Made by a program: the position numbers and the translations under genes
Notes under the pieces: model-generated
The model's database searches: none
The model's input: only the letters and a program-made list of their open reading frames with translations
Told to the model about the DNA's origin: nothing
Part shown: positions 36,919 to 46,669 of the stretch, one piece after another
How positions within the stretch are numbered: position 1 is the stretch's first letter
Layout: each line of letters opens with the position of its first letter
Origin: Bacteroidota bacterium
GTDB lineage: Bacteria; Bacteroidota; Bacteroidia; AKYH767-A; OLB10
Length of the DNA stretch: 64,000 bases
Direction of reading: 5' to 3'
NCBI GenBank assembly: GCA_046303115.1
Contig: JBKCGZ010000026.1
Span: 585 to 64,584 of the forward strand

Positions 36919-38952
36919 ATGTCAAAATTTAAAATGTGTTTAGGAGTTTGTATTGCATTAGGTGTGGCTTTATCGGCTGCATTTATGGCTGATACAACTC
37001 CTTTGAAAGGAATTGATTACAGCGCTATTGATAAGTCTGTAAAACCTAATGATGATTTTTACCATTTTGCTAGTGGCACTTGGCTGAAAAATAATCCTGT
37101 CCCTGCAGATCAAAGTCGTTGGGGAAGTTTCGATGTTTTAGCAGATGAAAACAATAAAAAAATCAGAACTGTCATTGAGGAGGTTGCTAAAGATAAGACT
37201 GCAGCCAAGGGCACGCTACGACAGAAACTTCGTGACTTTTATAATCTTGCTTTGGATTCGGCAAAAGCTGATGCCCAAGGTATATCAATGATAAAGGGAG
37301 ATATAAGTCGCATTTCCTCAGTAGCTACAAAAGAAGATTTAATTGTTTGTATGGCAGAAATGGGGTCTAAAGGTGTTGATAATGCGTTTGGATTTTATGT
37401 AAGTCGTGATTTAAAGAACAGCTCTAAGAATATACTTTATTTATCACAAAGTGGCCTTGGATTGCCAGATCGCGATTATTATTTAAAAGATGATGAACGT
37501 AGTGTTTCTATTCGTAAATCATATGTTAATCATATATCAAATATGTTTAATCTTTTAAGTTATTCTGAATCAAATAAGGTGGCAGAATCTATTTTGGCAT
37601 TGGAGACCAAAATTGCAAATATATCTATGTCTAGAGTAGATATGCGTGATGAAGAAAAAACATACAATCCAAAATCAATAGGTGAATTAGCATCGATGAG
37701 CCCTGCTTTTAATTGGCAGCTATATATGAAGACTAATAAAATTCCTTTTAGTGATATGATTGTTGTTAATCAATTGGATTATTTCAGTGGTTTTTCAGAT
37801 GTTTTTCAAAATACGGATTTAGCAACATGGAAAGATTATTTAATTTGGAAATATATCTCTGGTTTTGCAGGACAATTAAGCAGCGATTTTGTCAATGAAA
37901 GCTTTAATTTTAATGGTAAAATTCTTAACGGGACTCAAGTTATGCGTCCGAGATGGAAGCGTGCTGTTTCTGCTTGTGATGGTTCAATTGGTGAAATTGT
38001 TGGTCAACTATATATACAGAAATATTTTAGTCCGGATCTTAAAGTGAAGGTGAATGCAATGGTGAAAAACATTCTTGCTACTTATAAGGTTCGCATCACT
38101 AAGTTAGACTGGATGAGTGATTCGACTAAAGCAAAAGCACAAGAAAAACTGGCTAAGTTCAATACCAAGCTAGGCTATCCCGATAAATGGAGGGATTACT
38201 CTAAGTTGGATGTTAAGGATGATTCTTATGTTTTAAATGTACAACGTGCTGAAGCATTTGGATACAGAGAAATGATAGATAAACTTGGAAAGCCGGTTGA
38301 CAAATCAGAATGGCAAATGCTACCGCATCAAGTAAATGCATACTACGATCCTACTTTAAATGAAATCGTTTTTCCTGCAGCAATTATGCAGCCTCCTTTC
38401 TATTATCCCGGTGCTGATGATGCAACAAACTATGGCGCACTAGGGGCTGTTATCGGACATGAAATAACGCATGGTTTCGATGATCAAGGTTGTAAATATG
38501 ATGGAAATGGTAATATGTTAAATTGGTGGGGTGAGAAAGATAAAATTCAGTTTGATGATCGTGCAAAAACATTGGTTGACTGCTTCAATAAATACGAAGC
38601 TTTACCAGGCGCTTTTGTTAATGGAGAATTGACAATTGGAGAAAATATCGCTGATTTAGGAGGACTAAGTACTGCTTATTATGCGTTGCAAATGGCGAAT
38701 GAAGGTAAGAAGCCTTTGACAATCCAAGGATTTACTGATGAGCAACGTTTCTTCCTTGCATTCGCTCAGGTGTGGAAACAAAATATCAAAGATGAAATGT
38801 TACGTAAGCGTTTACTTACTGACGTGCACTCACCAGCGAATTTCCGTGTGTTAGGTACATTATCAAACATGACAGAATTCTATAAAGCCTTTGGAGTTAA
38901 AGATGGCGATAAAATGTATAGAAGTGATTCTGAAAGAGCAAAAATCTGGTAA
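36919..38952 (+). CDS. M13 family metallopeptidase (PepO/neprilysin-like)
   Basis: The start is moved to ATG 36919 (the track start is TTG 36859). It has a signal-anchor, 'GAVIGHEITHGFDDQG' (HExxH), 'GENIADLGG' and a C-terminal 'KIW'. Confidence 0.9.
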   Translation: MSKFKMCLGVCIALGVALSAAFMADTTPLKGIDYSAIDKSVKPNDDFYHFASGTWLKNNPVPADQSRWGSFDVLADENNKKIRTVIEEVAKDKTAAKGTLRQKLRDFYNLALDSAKADAQGISMIKGDISRISSVATKEDLIVCMAEMGSKGVDNAFGFYVSRDLKNSSKNILYLSQSGLGLPDRDYYLKDDERSVSIRKSYVNHISNMFNLLSYSESNKVAESILALETKIANISMSRVDMRDEEKTYNPKSIGELASMSPAFNWQLYMKTNKIPFSDMIVVNQLDYFSGFSDVFQNTDLATWKDYLIWKYISGFAGQLSSDFVNESFNFNGKILNGTQVMRPRWKRAVSACDGSIGEIVGQLYIQKYFSPDLKVKVNAMVKNILATYKVRITKLDWMSDSTKAKAQEKLAKFNTKLGYPDKWRDYSKLDVKDDSYVLNVQRAEAFGYREMIDKLGKPVDKSEWQMLPHQVNAYYDPTLNEIVFPAAIMQPPFYYPGADDATNYGALGAVIGHEITHGFDDQGCKYDGNGNMLNWWGEKDKIQFDDRAKTLVDCFNKYEALPGAFVNGELTIGENIADLGGLSTAYYALQMANEGKKPLTIQGFTDEQRFFLAFAQVWKQNIKDEMLRKRLLTDVHSPANFRVLGTLSNMTEFYKAFGVKDGDKMYRSDSERAKIW

Positions 38953-38973
38953 GAATAAAATAATACAGGTAAT

Positions 38974-39008
38974 AAAAAAGGGAGCAACTTTAAATTGCTC
39001 CCTTTTTA
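38974..39008. terminator. bidirectional rho-independent terminator between convergent genes
   Basis: Stem aaaaagggagcaa / ttgctcccttttt (13 bp) with loop ctttaaa. Confidence 0.85.
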
Positions 39009-39028
39009 TTTATTTGATGTAATGAAGA

Positions 39029-40840
39029 TTAAATCGCTTCTTCCTTTCTGCTCATACGCTTTCTCACATTCTCATCTAAATGCACTTTACGCATACGTAA
39101 TGATTTCGGAGTGATTTCTAAGTATTCATCTTTCTCGATGTATTCCATACACTCTTCTAAAGAGAACTTAACCGCTGGTGCAATTCTAACGTTATCATCA
39201 CTACCTGATGCACGCATGTTAGTTAATTTCTTTGCTTCACAAACGTTAATTAATAAATCATCAGGGCGAATATGTTGTCCAATAACTTGTCCTGCATAAA
39301 CACTCTCAGCCGGATCAATAAAGAAGAAACCACGGTCTTGCATTCTGTCAATTGAATATGGAGTAGCAACACCTGATTCTTTCGCTAATAACACCCCCGA
39401 AATACGTCCAGAGATTGGACCTTTCCAAGGTTCATAGCTCTTGAAACGGTGAGCCATTGTAGCACGTCCTGCTGTTGCAGTAAGTACGTTACTACGTAAA
39501 CCGATTAAACCACGAGCTGGGATTTCAAACTCTAAATGTTGTAAATCACCTTTAGGCTCCATGATTTTTAATTCGCCTTTTTTCTGTGTTACTAATTCAA
39601 TTACTTTTCCAGCAACCTCATCAGGAGTATCAACCGTTAAATTTTCAACTGGCTCGTAACGTTGTCCATCAATCTCCTTCGTGATAACCTGTGGTTGTCC
39701 TACTTGTAATTCATATCCCTCGCGACGCATTGTCTCAATTAAGATCGATAAGTGAAGTACACCACGACCATATACTAAGTAAGAGTCAGGTGAATCAGTC
39801 TCCACAATACGCATTGCTAAATTCTTCTCTAACTCTTTGTATAAACGATCACGTAAGTGACGAGATGTTACAAAACGACCTTCTTTTCCGAAGAAAGGAC
39901 TGTTGTTAATAGTAAACAACATACACATTGTTGGCTCATCAACAGAAATAGGAGTAAGGGCCTCAGGATTTTCAAAATCAGCAATTGTATCGCCAATTTC
40001 AAAGTCTTCAATTCCTGTTACAGCGCATAAGTCGCCACATGTAATTTCATCTGCTTTTCTACGTCCTAAGCCTTCAAAAACAAAGACTTCTTTGATACGC
40101 ATTTTTTTAATACTTCCATCACGCTTTACAAGACTTACAGGTTGGTTTTCTTTTAAAGAACCACGACTGATACGTCCAATCGCAATACGTCCAACATAAG
40201 TAGAAAAGTCTAATGATGTAATCAACATCTGAGGCGTTCCTTCATAAATTGGTGGCTCTGGGAAATATTCAATAATCTGATCTAATAATGCCGTAACATC
40301 AGTAGTTGGGTTTTTATAATCATGTCCCATCCATCCTTGCTTTGATGAACCATAAACAGTAGGGAATCCTAACTGCTCTTCTGTAGCACCTAAATGGAAG
40401 AATAAGTCAAATACTTTTTCGTGTACTTCTTCTGGGCGACAATTTTCTTTATCAACTTTATTAATTACCAATACAGCTTTTTTACCCATCTCTAAAGCTT
40501 TGCTCAATACGAAACGAGTTTGTGGCATCGGACCTTCAAAAGCATCCACTAAAAGGATTACTCCATCAGCCATGTTCATTACACGCTCTACCTCACCTCC
40601 AAAGTCGGCGTGACCAGGAGTATCGATGATGTTAATCTTAGTTCCTTTATAATTTACCGATACATTTTTAGCAATGATGGTAATACCACGCTCTCTTTCA
40701 AGATCATTGTTATCAAGGATTAATTCTCCCGTTTTTTCATTGTCACGAAAGAGCTGTGTCTGAAGTAAAATTTTATCTACTAAAGTTGTTTTGCCATGAT
40801 CGACATGGGCAATAATTGCAATGTTTCTGATTGATTGCAT
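39029..40840 (-). CDS. typA: translational GTPase TypA/BipA
   Basis: 603 aa with G1 'AHVDHGKTT', G3 'DTPGHADF' and G4 'NKVD'. The domain order is EF-G-like. Confidence 0.96.
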   Translation of the reverse strand: MQSIRNIAIIAHVDHGKTTLVDKILLQTQLFRDNEKTGELILDNNDLERERGITIIAKNVSVNYKGTKINIIDTPGHADFGGEVERVMNMADGVILLVDAFEGPMPQTRFVLSKALEMGKKAVLVINKVDKENCRPEEVHEKVFDLFFHLGATEEQLGFPTVYGSSKQGWMGHDYKNPTTDVTALLDQIIEYFPEPPIYEGTPQMLITSLDFSTYVGRIAIGRISRGSLKENQPVSLVKRDGSIKKMRIKEVFVFEGLGRRKADEITCGDLCAVTGIEDFEIGDTIADFENPEALTPISVDEPTMCMLFTINNSPFFGKEGRFVTSRHLRDRLYKELEKNLAMRIVETDSPDSYLVYGRGVLHLSILIETMRREGYELQVGQPQVITKEIDGQRYEPVENLTVDTPDEVAGKVIELVTQKKGELKIMEPKGDLQHLEFEIPARGLIGLRSNVLTATAGRATMAHRFKSYEPWKGPISGRISGVLLAKESGVATPYSIDRMQDRGFFFIDPAESVYAGQVIGQHIRPDDLLINVCEAKKLTNMRASGSDDNVRIAPAVKFSLEECMEYIEKDEYLEITPKSLRMRKVHLDENVRKRMSRKEEAI

Positions 40841-41021
40841 GCTAATTTATCTGCAGTTTGGTTAATTTCCTATTTCTTCCGACTTTTAATCTAAATACAA
40901 CTAACTGAAAGGCAGCCGAGTACGAATAGGTTGCTAAAATTCGGAGTGCAAAGGTAGGGCTTTTCTTTGGGTCTTACGCCAAAAACGAATCAGAATGTGC
41001 TAGAAGTAACAATTTGTTTAA

Positions 41022-42398
41022 TCAGGCAAGTAATTTAATGGCCATTTCATGGGCCTGAACTCTTATTTCGGGAATAGCGGTAGATTCCCATAAAATGCCT
41101 CGTAAGCCAGAACCAATGGTAAACAAATTAGGCACTATTTCACCGTCCTTATTTATGATTTCTCCATTGCCTGTAGCATTAAATCCTAATGATAATGGAT
41201 CCTTCATGATTAGTCCAGATGCCAACATGTTTTTTAATAAAGGATTTTCAACCTTATTAAAATCTCCTTCAGGTCCAATACAATTAATAATACGTTGAGC
41301 ATTTTTGGTAATGCTAGATTCTGTAGATTTATCAAAAAACCGGATTGTTAAATCATTATCATTTTCCTCTATTACTTCTAATTTCCCAGCGTAAAGTTCT
41401 ATTTGATTGGAATCGATTAATGATTGAATAAATTCATAAACTTCGTTAGGTAAACGATGACGGAGTTTAGTCCAACGATGGTTAATATGACGTAAGAATC
41501 GATTTTTTTGTTCGATGGGAAGCTCCTGCCAGATTTTCTGTGTAAATGGTCTTACAGCTTCTAAAACAGGCTCATGCCATTCGGTATGATCGATAGCAGA
41601 TCTGATTTTCGACTTTAGCTCGCTATAAATTTCGTGTATGTCAGATGCTGGTGCTTTCTCCGGATGCGGTACTGATACTCTAGTAACAGGATGGGCCATT
41701 GGAATAGCTCCATGTTTGGACACTACTATAATTTTATTTTTAAATCCCTGATCAATTAAACTTATTACAGTGTCGACCATTGTTAATCCTGCACCTACGA
41801 TGAAAACGGGTTGGGCCGGGTTGATTTTCTCAACCGCTCTCTCATCCCATGGATTTATAAAAACTTTACTTGAATGCTTTAAATTAGTAATTCCAGGAAG
41901 CGAAATTGGAGGTTGGTTGCCTGTACATAAAACTACTTTTTTCCCTTTTAATGATTCATTATTTTTTAATTTAATTTGGAATACCCCTTCTTCTCTAATA
42001 ATATCAATTACTTCATTATTTATTAAATCGAATTGTATATTGTCTTTTGAAGAATCCAATAAAGATTGGTATAGTTCGTTGAGATAGTCTCCATACATTT
42101 TACGAGGTACAAACTGTTCTCCTAAATTTTCATGATGATATTCGCTGTATTCAGGTTTCGATAATATCCAATTAGTAAAATGGTTGGCATCAGAAGTAAA
42201 AGCACTCATTCTTGACACACGAACATTCAGTAAGTGATTATTGTTTTTAGTAGAATAGGCTATTCCTTTACCTATTGGGTAGCCAGCATTAATCAAGGCT
42301 ATTGATAAAAAAGAGGTTGCTTTTTCAATTGAATTAGCCAACAAAATTAATCCAGCAGCTCCACCACCAACAATAACCAGATTATAGTGTTTATTCAT
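41022..42398 (-). CDS. FAD/NAD(P)-binding oxidoreductase of unknown function (YdhS-like)
   Basis: 458 aa. It has an N-terminal dinucleotide fold 'LVIVGGGAAGL' and a second 'FIVGAGLTMVD'. A TAAATTTG box on the minus strand lies at 42436-42443. Confidence 0.7.
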   Translation of the reverse strand: MNKHYNLVIVGGGAAGLILLANSIEKATSFLSIALINAGYPIGKGIAYSTKNNNHLLNVRVSRMSAFTSDANHFTNWILSKPEYSEYHHENLGEQFVPRKMYGDYLNELYQSLLDSSKDNIQFDLINNEVIDIIREEGVFQIKLKNNESLKGKKVVLCTGNQPPISLPGITNLKHSSKVFINPWDERAVEKINPAQPVFIVGAGLTMVDTVISLIDQGFKNKIIVVSKHGAIPMAHPVTRVSVPHPEKAPASDIHEIYSELKSKIRSAIDHTEWHEPVLEAVRPFTQKIWQELPIEQKNRFLRHINHRWTKLRHRLPNEVYEFIQSLIDSNQIELYAGKLEVIEENDNDLTIRFFDKSTESSITKNAQRIINCIGPEGDFNKVENPLLKNMLASGLIMKDPLSLGFNATGNGEIINKDGEIVPNLFTIGSGLRGILWESTAIPEIRVQAHEMAIKLLA

Positions 42399-42487
42399 AT
42401 TAAGTTTATAAATCCTATAAGATTAGTAGGAGAAACAAATTTAATACAATTAAACACTAAATACAACTTAAAATTTGTTGAATGAAG

Positions 42488-42964
42488 TTATTTCTTAGGT
42501 GAGCGTGATTTTGACTTGGTGGAGTTCGAAGTCTTTTTTTTCAATGCTTGTTCTCTGATTAAAATATCGTTCAAGCTTAATTTGTCAAGTATTGATCCTG
42601 TGGCTTCTCTAACCTCTGAAAAAATATTTTTTAATCCGCAAAAAGCTTCGTTTTCGCAATCTTCGCATGGTTCGTAATAATTAGAAGAAACACATGGTAG
42701 AAGGGCGATAGGTCCATCAAATAATCGTACTACTCTTCCAATTGTTACATTGGAAGGTGGGATTAACAGGTTATAACCACCATTCTTACCTTGTTTACTT
42801 TTTAAAATTCCATCATGTTTTAAATCAAGCAAAATCGCTTCTAAAAATTTTCTTGGAATTGATTCTGCCAATGAAATGGCTGATGTGTGAACAGGAGTTT
42901 TAGGGTCTTGCTTCGCAATGTATTCTAATGCCTTTAATCCGTATTTTGCTTTTTTCGATAACAC
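42488..42964 (-). CDS. Rrf2-family transcriptional regulator with four-Cys cluster
   Basis: 158 aa with a GTG start. It has an Rrf2 wHTH N-terminus 'MLSKKAKYGLKALEYIA'. The Cys pattern is C91-x8-C100-x2-C103-x5-C109 (42638-42694). The C-terminal tail is Lys/Ser-rich. Confidence 0.85.
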   Translation of the reverse strand: MLSKKAKYGLKALEYIAKQDPKTPVHTSAISLAESIPRKFLEAILLDLKHDGILKSKQGKNGGYNLLIPPSNVTIGRVVRLFDGPIALLPCVSSNYYEPCEDCENEAFCGLKNIFSEVREATGSILDKLSLNDILIREQALKKKTSNSTKSKSRSPKK

Positions 42965-43019
42965 GTCACGAATTTAACAATTCAATTGAAGTTTTTCTAA
43001 TAATTCAAAAATGATAATT

Positions 43020-43027
43020 TATCTTTG
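43020..43027 (+). promoter_or_regulatory. candidate -7 box (TATCTTTG) for lpxD
   Basis: TATCTTTG lies 9 nt upstream of ATG 43037. The track's TTG start (43025) lies inside this box, which argues for the ATG. Confidence 0.35.
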
Positions 43028-43036
43028 AAGTCAATT

Positions 43037-43963
43037 ATGAAACTTGAAAAATCAATTTCGATAGGAGAGCTGGCCAAAATGGTTGGAGGTAAAGTAATAG
43101 GCGATGAGAACGCAATGGTATTAGGCATTAATGAAATTCATCGCGTTGAGAATGGAGATTTGACATTTGTTGATCATCCGAAGTATTACGATAAAGCATT
43201 AGGCTCAGCTGCTACTTTTGTAATCATCAATAAAATGGTAGATGCGCCAGCAGGTAAAGCACTTATTTATTCCGATGATCCCTTCCGTGATTATGTTTGG
43301 CTTTGTAAAAATTATATGCCATTCATTCCGTCATCAAGCAATATACATCCAACGGCAAAAATAGGAGACGGGACAGTTATACAGCCAAATGCTAGTGTTG
43401 GGCCTTATGTTACCATCGGTAAAAACTGTTTGATTCATAGTGGTGCCGTTATTTATGATCATTCAGTAATCGGCGATAATGTCGTTATTCATGCTAATAC
43501 TGTTTTAGGTGCCGATGCGTTTTATTTTAAACGTCGTCCTGAATTCTATGAAAAGATGCATAGCTGTGGCCGTGTTGTCATTCATGATAATGTTGAGATA
43601 GGAGCATCTTGTACAATCGACAGAGGTGTTTCAGCTGACACGATTATTGGAGAAGGATGCAAGCTGGATAATCAGGTTCACGTTGGACATGATACTGTCA
43701 TTGGAAAGAATTGTTTGTTTGCAGCACAGGTGGGAATTGCTGGTTGCGTTAATATCGAAGATGAGGTAATACTTTGGGGACAAGTAGGAGTTCAAAAGGA
43801 TCTGACTATTTCAAAAGGAACAATTGTTCTAGGTCAGAGTGGTGTTACTAAATCAATTAAAGCAGGAACTTACTTCGGAACACCTGCTAAAGATGCGAGA
43901 GAGAAGATGAAAGAACTGGCGTATTTAGGTAAGTTACCTGAATTGTTTGATAAAGTTCGATAA
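43037..43963 (+). CDS. lpxD: UDP-3-O-acylglucosamine N-acyltransferase
   Basis: It has an N-terminal LpxD domain (MKLEKSISIGELAKMVGGKVIGDEN) followed by hexapeptide repeats ('IGDNVVIHANTVLGADAF', 'IGKNCLFAAQVGIAG'). Confidence 0.9.
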   Translation: MKLEKSISIGELAKMVGGKVIGDENAMVLGINEIHRVENGDLTFVDHPKYYDKALGSAATFVIINKMVDAPAGKALIYSDDPFRDYVWLCKNYMPFIPSSSNIHPTAKIGDGTVIQPNASVGPYVTIGKNCLIHSGAVIYDHSVIGDNVVIHANTVLGADAFYFKRRPEFYEKMHSCGRVVIHDNVEIGASCTIDRGVSADTIIGEGCKLDNQVHVGHDTVIGKNCLFAAQVGIAGCVNIEDEVILWGQVGVQKDLTISKGTIVLGQSGVTKSIKAGTYFGTPAKDAREKMKELAYLGKLPELFDKVR

Positions 43964-43984
43964 TACATAACTGTTATACTGAAT

Positions 43985-45220
43985 ATGGCTGGTGAAATAG
44001 AAAATATAGCTGGAATGCAATCGGAGCTGAACGTTAAGAAACTTCAGTTGCATTGGCTATTGCAGATTACAAAGGCAATTAATTATGATTTGCCAGCTCC
44101 TCAGTTATTTGAGGTTTATCAGTCTGTACTGAAAGAACATCTCAAGATAAACAAACTCATACTTTATATTCACGAGCATCAATGGCATTGTATGCTAAAG
44201 TATGGTGTTCCAGATGATTTTCAACTTGATTTGAATGAAGCACGACTTGCAGAAATAGAAAAAATAATGACTACCGGCAGTGATATGCCTGAGTGGTTAT
44301 CGTCTTTCGAAACAATTATTCCTGTTAATCATAATAAACAACAATTAGCATTTGCTTTTATAGGTGCTAGTACACACGAGGATATATTGAACCTCAAAGA
44401 TGTGATTCCTTTTATTCATACCATCACAAATATTATTGTTGTTGCCATTGAGAATAAGCGATTGACAAAAGAGTCGATTCGTCAAGCGCAAATTGAGAAA
44501 GAGTTAGAATTAGCTGCACGTATGCAAAGTATGTTGTTTCCTGCTCATATTCCTCATAACGCTCGTATTGATTTGGCCGCAACCTACCTTCCACATCAAA
44601 TGGTAGGTGGTGATTACTACGATTATATTGAACTGAATGAAGATGAGATATTAATTTGCCTCGCGGATGTTTCTGGGAAGGGAATTTCAGCAGCATTGTT
44701 AATGTCGAATTTTCAAGCCAACTTAAATGCAAAGGCGCCATTGTCAAAGTCTTTAATGGAGCTTGTGAATGATTTAAATGAAAGTGTAAATAAGTCCGCT
44801 AAAGGGGAGAAATTTATAACAGTTTTTTTAGCAGTAATTAATACGAAAGAGCGTGTTCTTAAGTATGTCAATGCAGGACATAATCCACCATTGATTTATT
44901 GTGGAAATGAGTTTCACTTGCTCGAAAAAGGTACTACTGGTTTAGGAATGTTTGATGAGTTACCATTTATTCATGAAGGTCAAATTGCATTTGAGCCTGG
45001 TTCAACTTTGTTTTGTTATACTGATGGAGTAGTAGAGCAAGAAAATTTAAAAGGTGATGTTTTTGGTGTTGATGTTCTTATGGACTTACTTCAGAAAAAT
45101 CATCTGGCTAATTCAATGAAAGACCTTCACGTTGGAGTAATTAATTCCTTCAATGATTTTAAAAAGTCGGTTGATCCGATTGATGATGTAACGCTTTTAA
45201 GTTGCAGAATGCTGATTTAA
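43985..45220 (+). CDS. GAF-domain PP2C/SpoIIE-family serine phosphatase
   Basis: 411 aa with an N-terminal GAF-like sensor. PP2C motifs are 'VGGDYYDY', 'LADVSGKGISAALLMS' and 'YTDGVVE'. Confidence 0.85.
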   Translation: MAGEIENIAGMQSELNVKKLQLHWLLQITKAINYDLPAPQLFEVYQSVLKEHLKINKLILYIHEHQWHCMLKYGVPDDFQLDLNEARLAEIEKIMTTGSDMPEWLSSFETIIPVNHNKQQLAFAFIGASTHEDILNLKDVIPFIHTITNIIVVAIENKRLTKESIRQAQIEKELELAARMQSMLFPAHIPHNARIDLAATYLPHQMVGGDYYDYIELNEDEILICLADVSGKGISAALLMSNFQANLNAKAPLSKSLMELVNDLNESVNKSAKGEKFITVFLAVINTKERVLKYVNAGHNPPLIYCGNEFHLLEKGTTGLGMFDELPFIHEGQIAFEPGSTLFCYTDGVVEQENLKGDVFGVDVLMDLLQKNHLANSMKDLHVGVINSFNDFKKSVDPIDDVTLLSCRMLI

Positions 45221-46663
45221 TTCTTGCTGTTGATGTTCGCTGTAATAAATATCGAATGCAACTAAGCAAGCAATGAATCCCCAGAATGGTACTGCTAATT
45301 TTTCTGTATCCAGGAAGTAATTTAGTCCCCCGTGAATGATATAGGTAACTAATCCTAAAACAAGTCCTTTTGTAACGACTCTAGTGTTTTTATTGGTACA
45401 CATTCTTAGAAAAGAAGAGGTACGTTGAAGTAATACTGCTAATATTAAAATAAAAGTAACGGGACCGAGTATACCCTGTTCGGAAAGCGGACCTAGATAC
45501 TCGCTATGTGATCCACCGCCTTCTGCGAAATTTGTACTGATACCAGATCGCTCTGAATGCTTTTGAAACTGACCATATTGAAACATGTATGTCCCAGGTC
45601 CATAGCCAAGTAATGGTTTTTCATTAAACATTCGCAACGCACACGACCATCTATTAAGTCGCTCTATATTTGAATCATCCGTTGAAATATTCCCAATGGA
45701 CTGAACATGCTTTGCATAATCAGTAGAGGATGTTTTGTCGTTGCGCTCCAAATACATCGTTATTTCCACATGGAATAATGCATAAGTAAGAACGACTAAT
45801 CCTATTCCGGTATAAACTACCCAGTTTTTTATTTTTAAAATGTAAATGAATAAACATCCCAGCGCACCCGCCAATGCAACCCATGCAGCACGTGTATAGG
45901 ATAGGATAATTGCAGTAATCAATAAAGCTGCAACAATTAAAATGAAAGTCTTTAGTGTTTTATTGATTTTATTCTCAAATAACAATGCAATGATTACAGG
46001 AATAAACAAGGCGATAACTGCTGCATAAGCTGTGTGGTCATTGTAATAAGGCACCATTGCAATATGTGCATTTTGTTCGGTAAATCCAGCAGACGCCTGA
46101 TTAAGCATTGTAATAATACATACAGCTAAAAGCGGTAATAAATAAGCCCATAAAAATTTATGAATATTCTGTTTCTTAATAAAAAGATAGAGCAACGAAA
46201 AGTAAAATACGCTAACATAACAATATCTGGCAAGGGTAGACTTAATAGAAACTACAGGCATTGTACTCGTTAATGTTGTTATTGTATACCATCCAAGATG
46301 AATAAGAATGATCCAGGTGACAGGATGTTTTAGAATACGTTTGTCTAGGCCTCCTTCCGCAAGAATTTTTATCCAAAAAATCAAGAAAATTCCAAACATA
46401 AGCGGTTCTGAAGGCAAACTAACGCCTATGCCTATTCCCGTTTTAGCTAAATTAATTGAGAAAGGGGTTACTAATACTGCAAGGTATATAAGAAGGTCAA
46501 AACGAAAGATAGCAGCAATTGTAAGTATAAGTAAGAAGGGGATAGCTAAAGCAAGAATATATCCTTTAACATATCCATAAGCAGTAAAAGATGCTATTAG
46601 AATTGTCAGGATATAAAACCAAGTGACCTTGGATTTGTCAAGCTGAAAAAAGCCTTCTTTCAT
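45197..46663 (-). CDS. O-antigen ligase/polymerase family (Wzy_C) membrane protein
   Basis: 488 aa with >=10 TM helices. It has 'SYTRAAWVALAG', a periplasmic loop 'ERLNRW..A..MF.EKPLLGYGPGTY' and 'GGSHSEYLGPLSEQGILG'. Confidence 0.85.
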   Translation of the reverse strand: MKEGFFQLDKSKVTWFYILTILIASFTAYGYVKGYILALAIPFLLILTIAAIFRFDLLIYLAVLVTPFSINLAKTGIGIGVSLPSEPLMFGIFLIFWIKILAEGGLDKRILKHPVTWIILIHLGWYTITTLTSTMPVVSIKSTLARYCYVSVFYFSLLYLFIKKQNIHKFLWAYLLPLLAVCIITMLNQASAGFTEQNAHIAMVPYYNDHTAYAAVIALFIPVIIALLFENKINKTLKTFILIVAALLITAIILSYTRAAWVALAGALGCLFIYILKIKNWVVYTGIGLVVLTYALFHVEITMYLERNDKTSSTDYAKHVQSIGNISTDDSNIERLNRWSCALRMFNEKPLLGYGPGTYMFQYGQFQKHSERSGISTNFAEGGGSHSEYLGPLSEQGILGPVTFILILAVLLQRTSSFLRMCTNKNTRVVTKGLVLGLVTYIIHGGLNYFLDTEKLAVPFWGFIACLVAFDIYYSEHQQQELNQHSAT

Positions 46664-46669
46664 GCTTTG

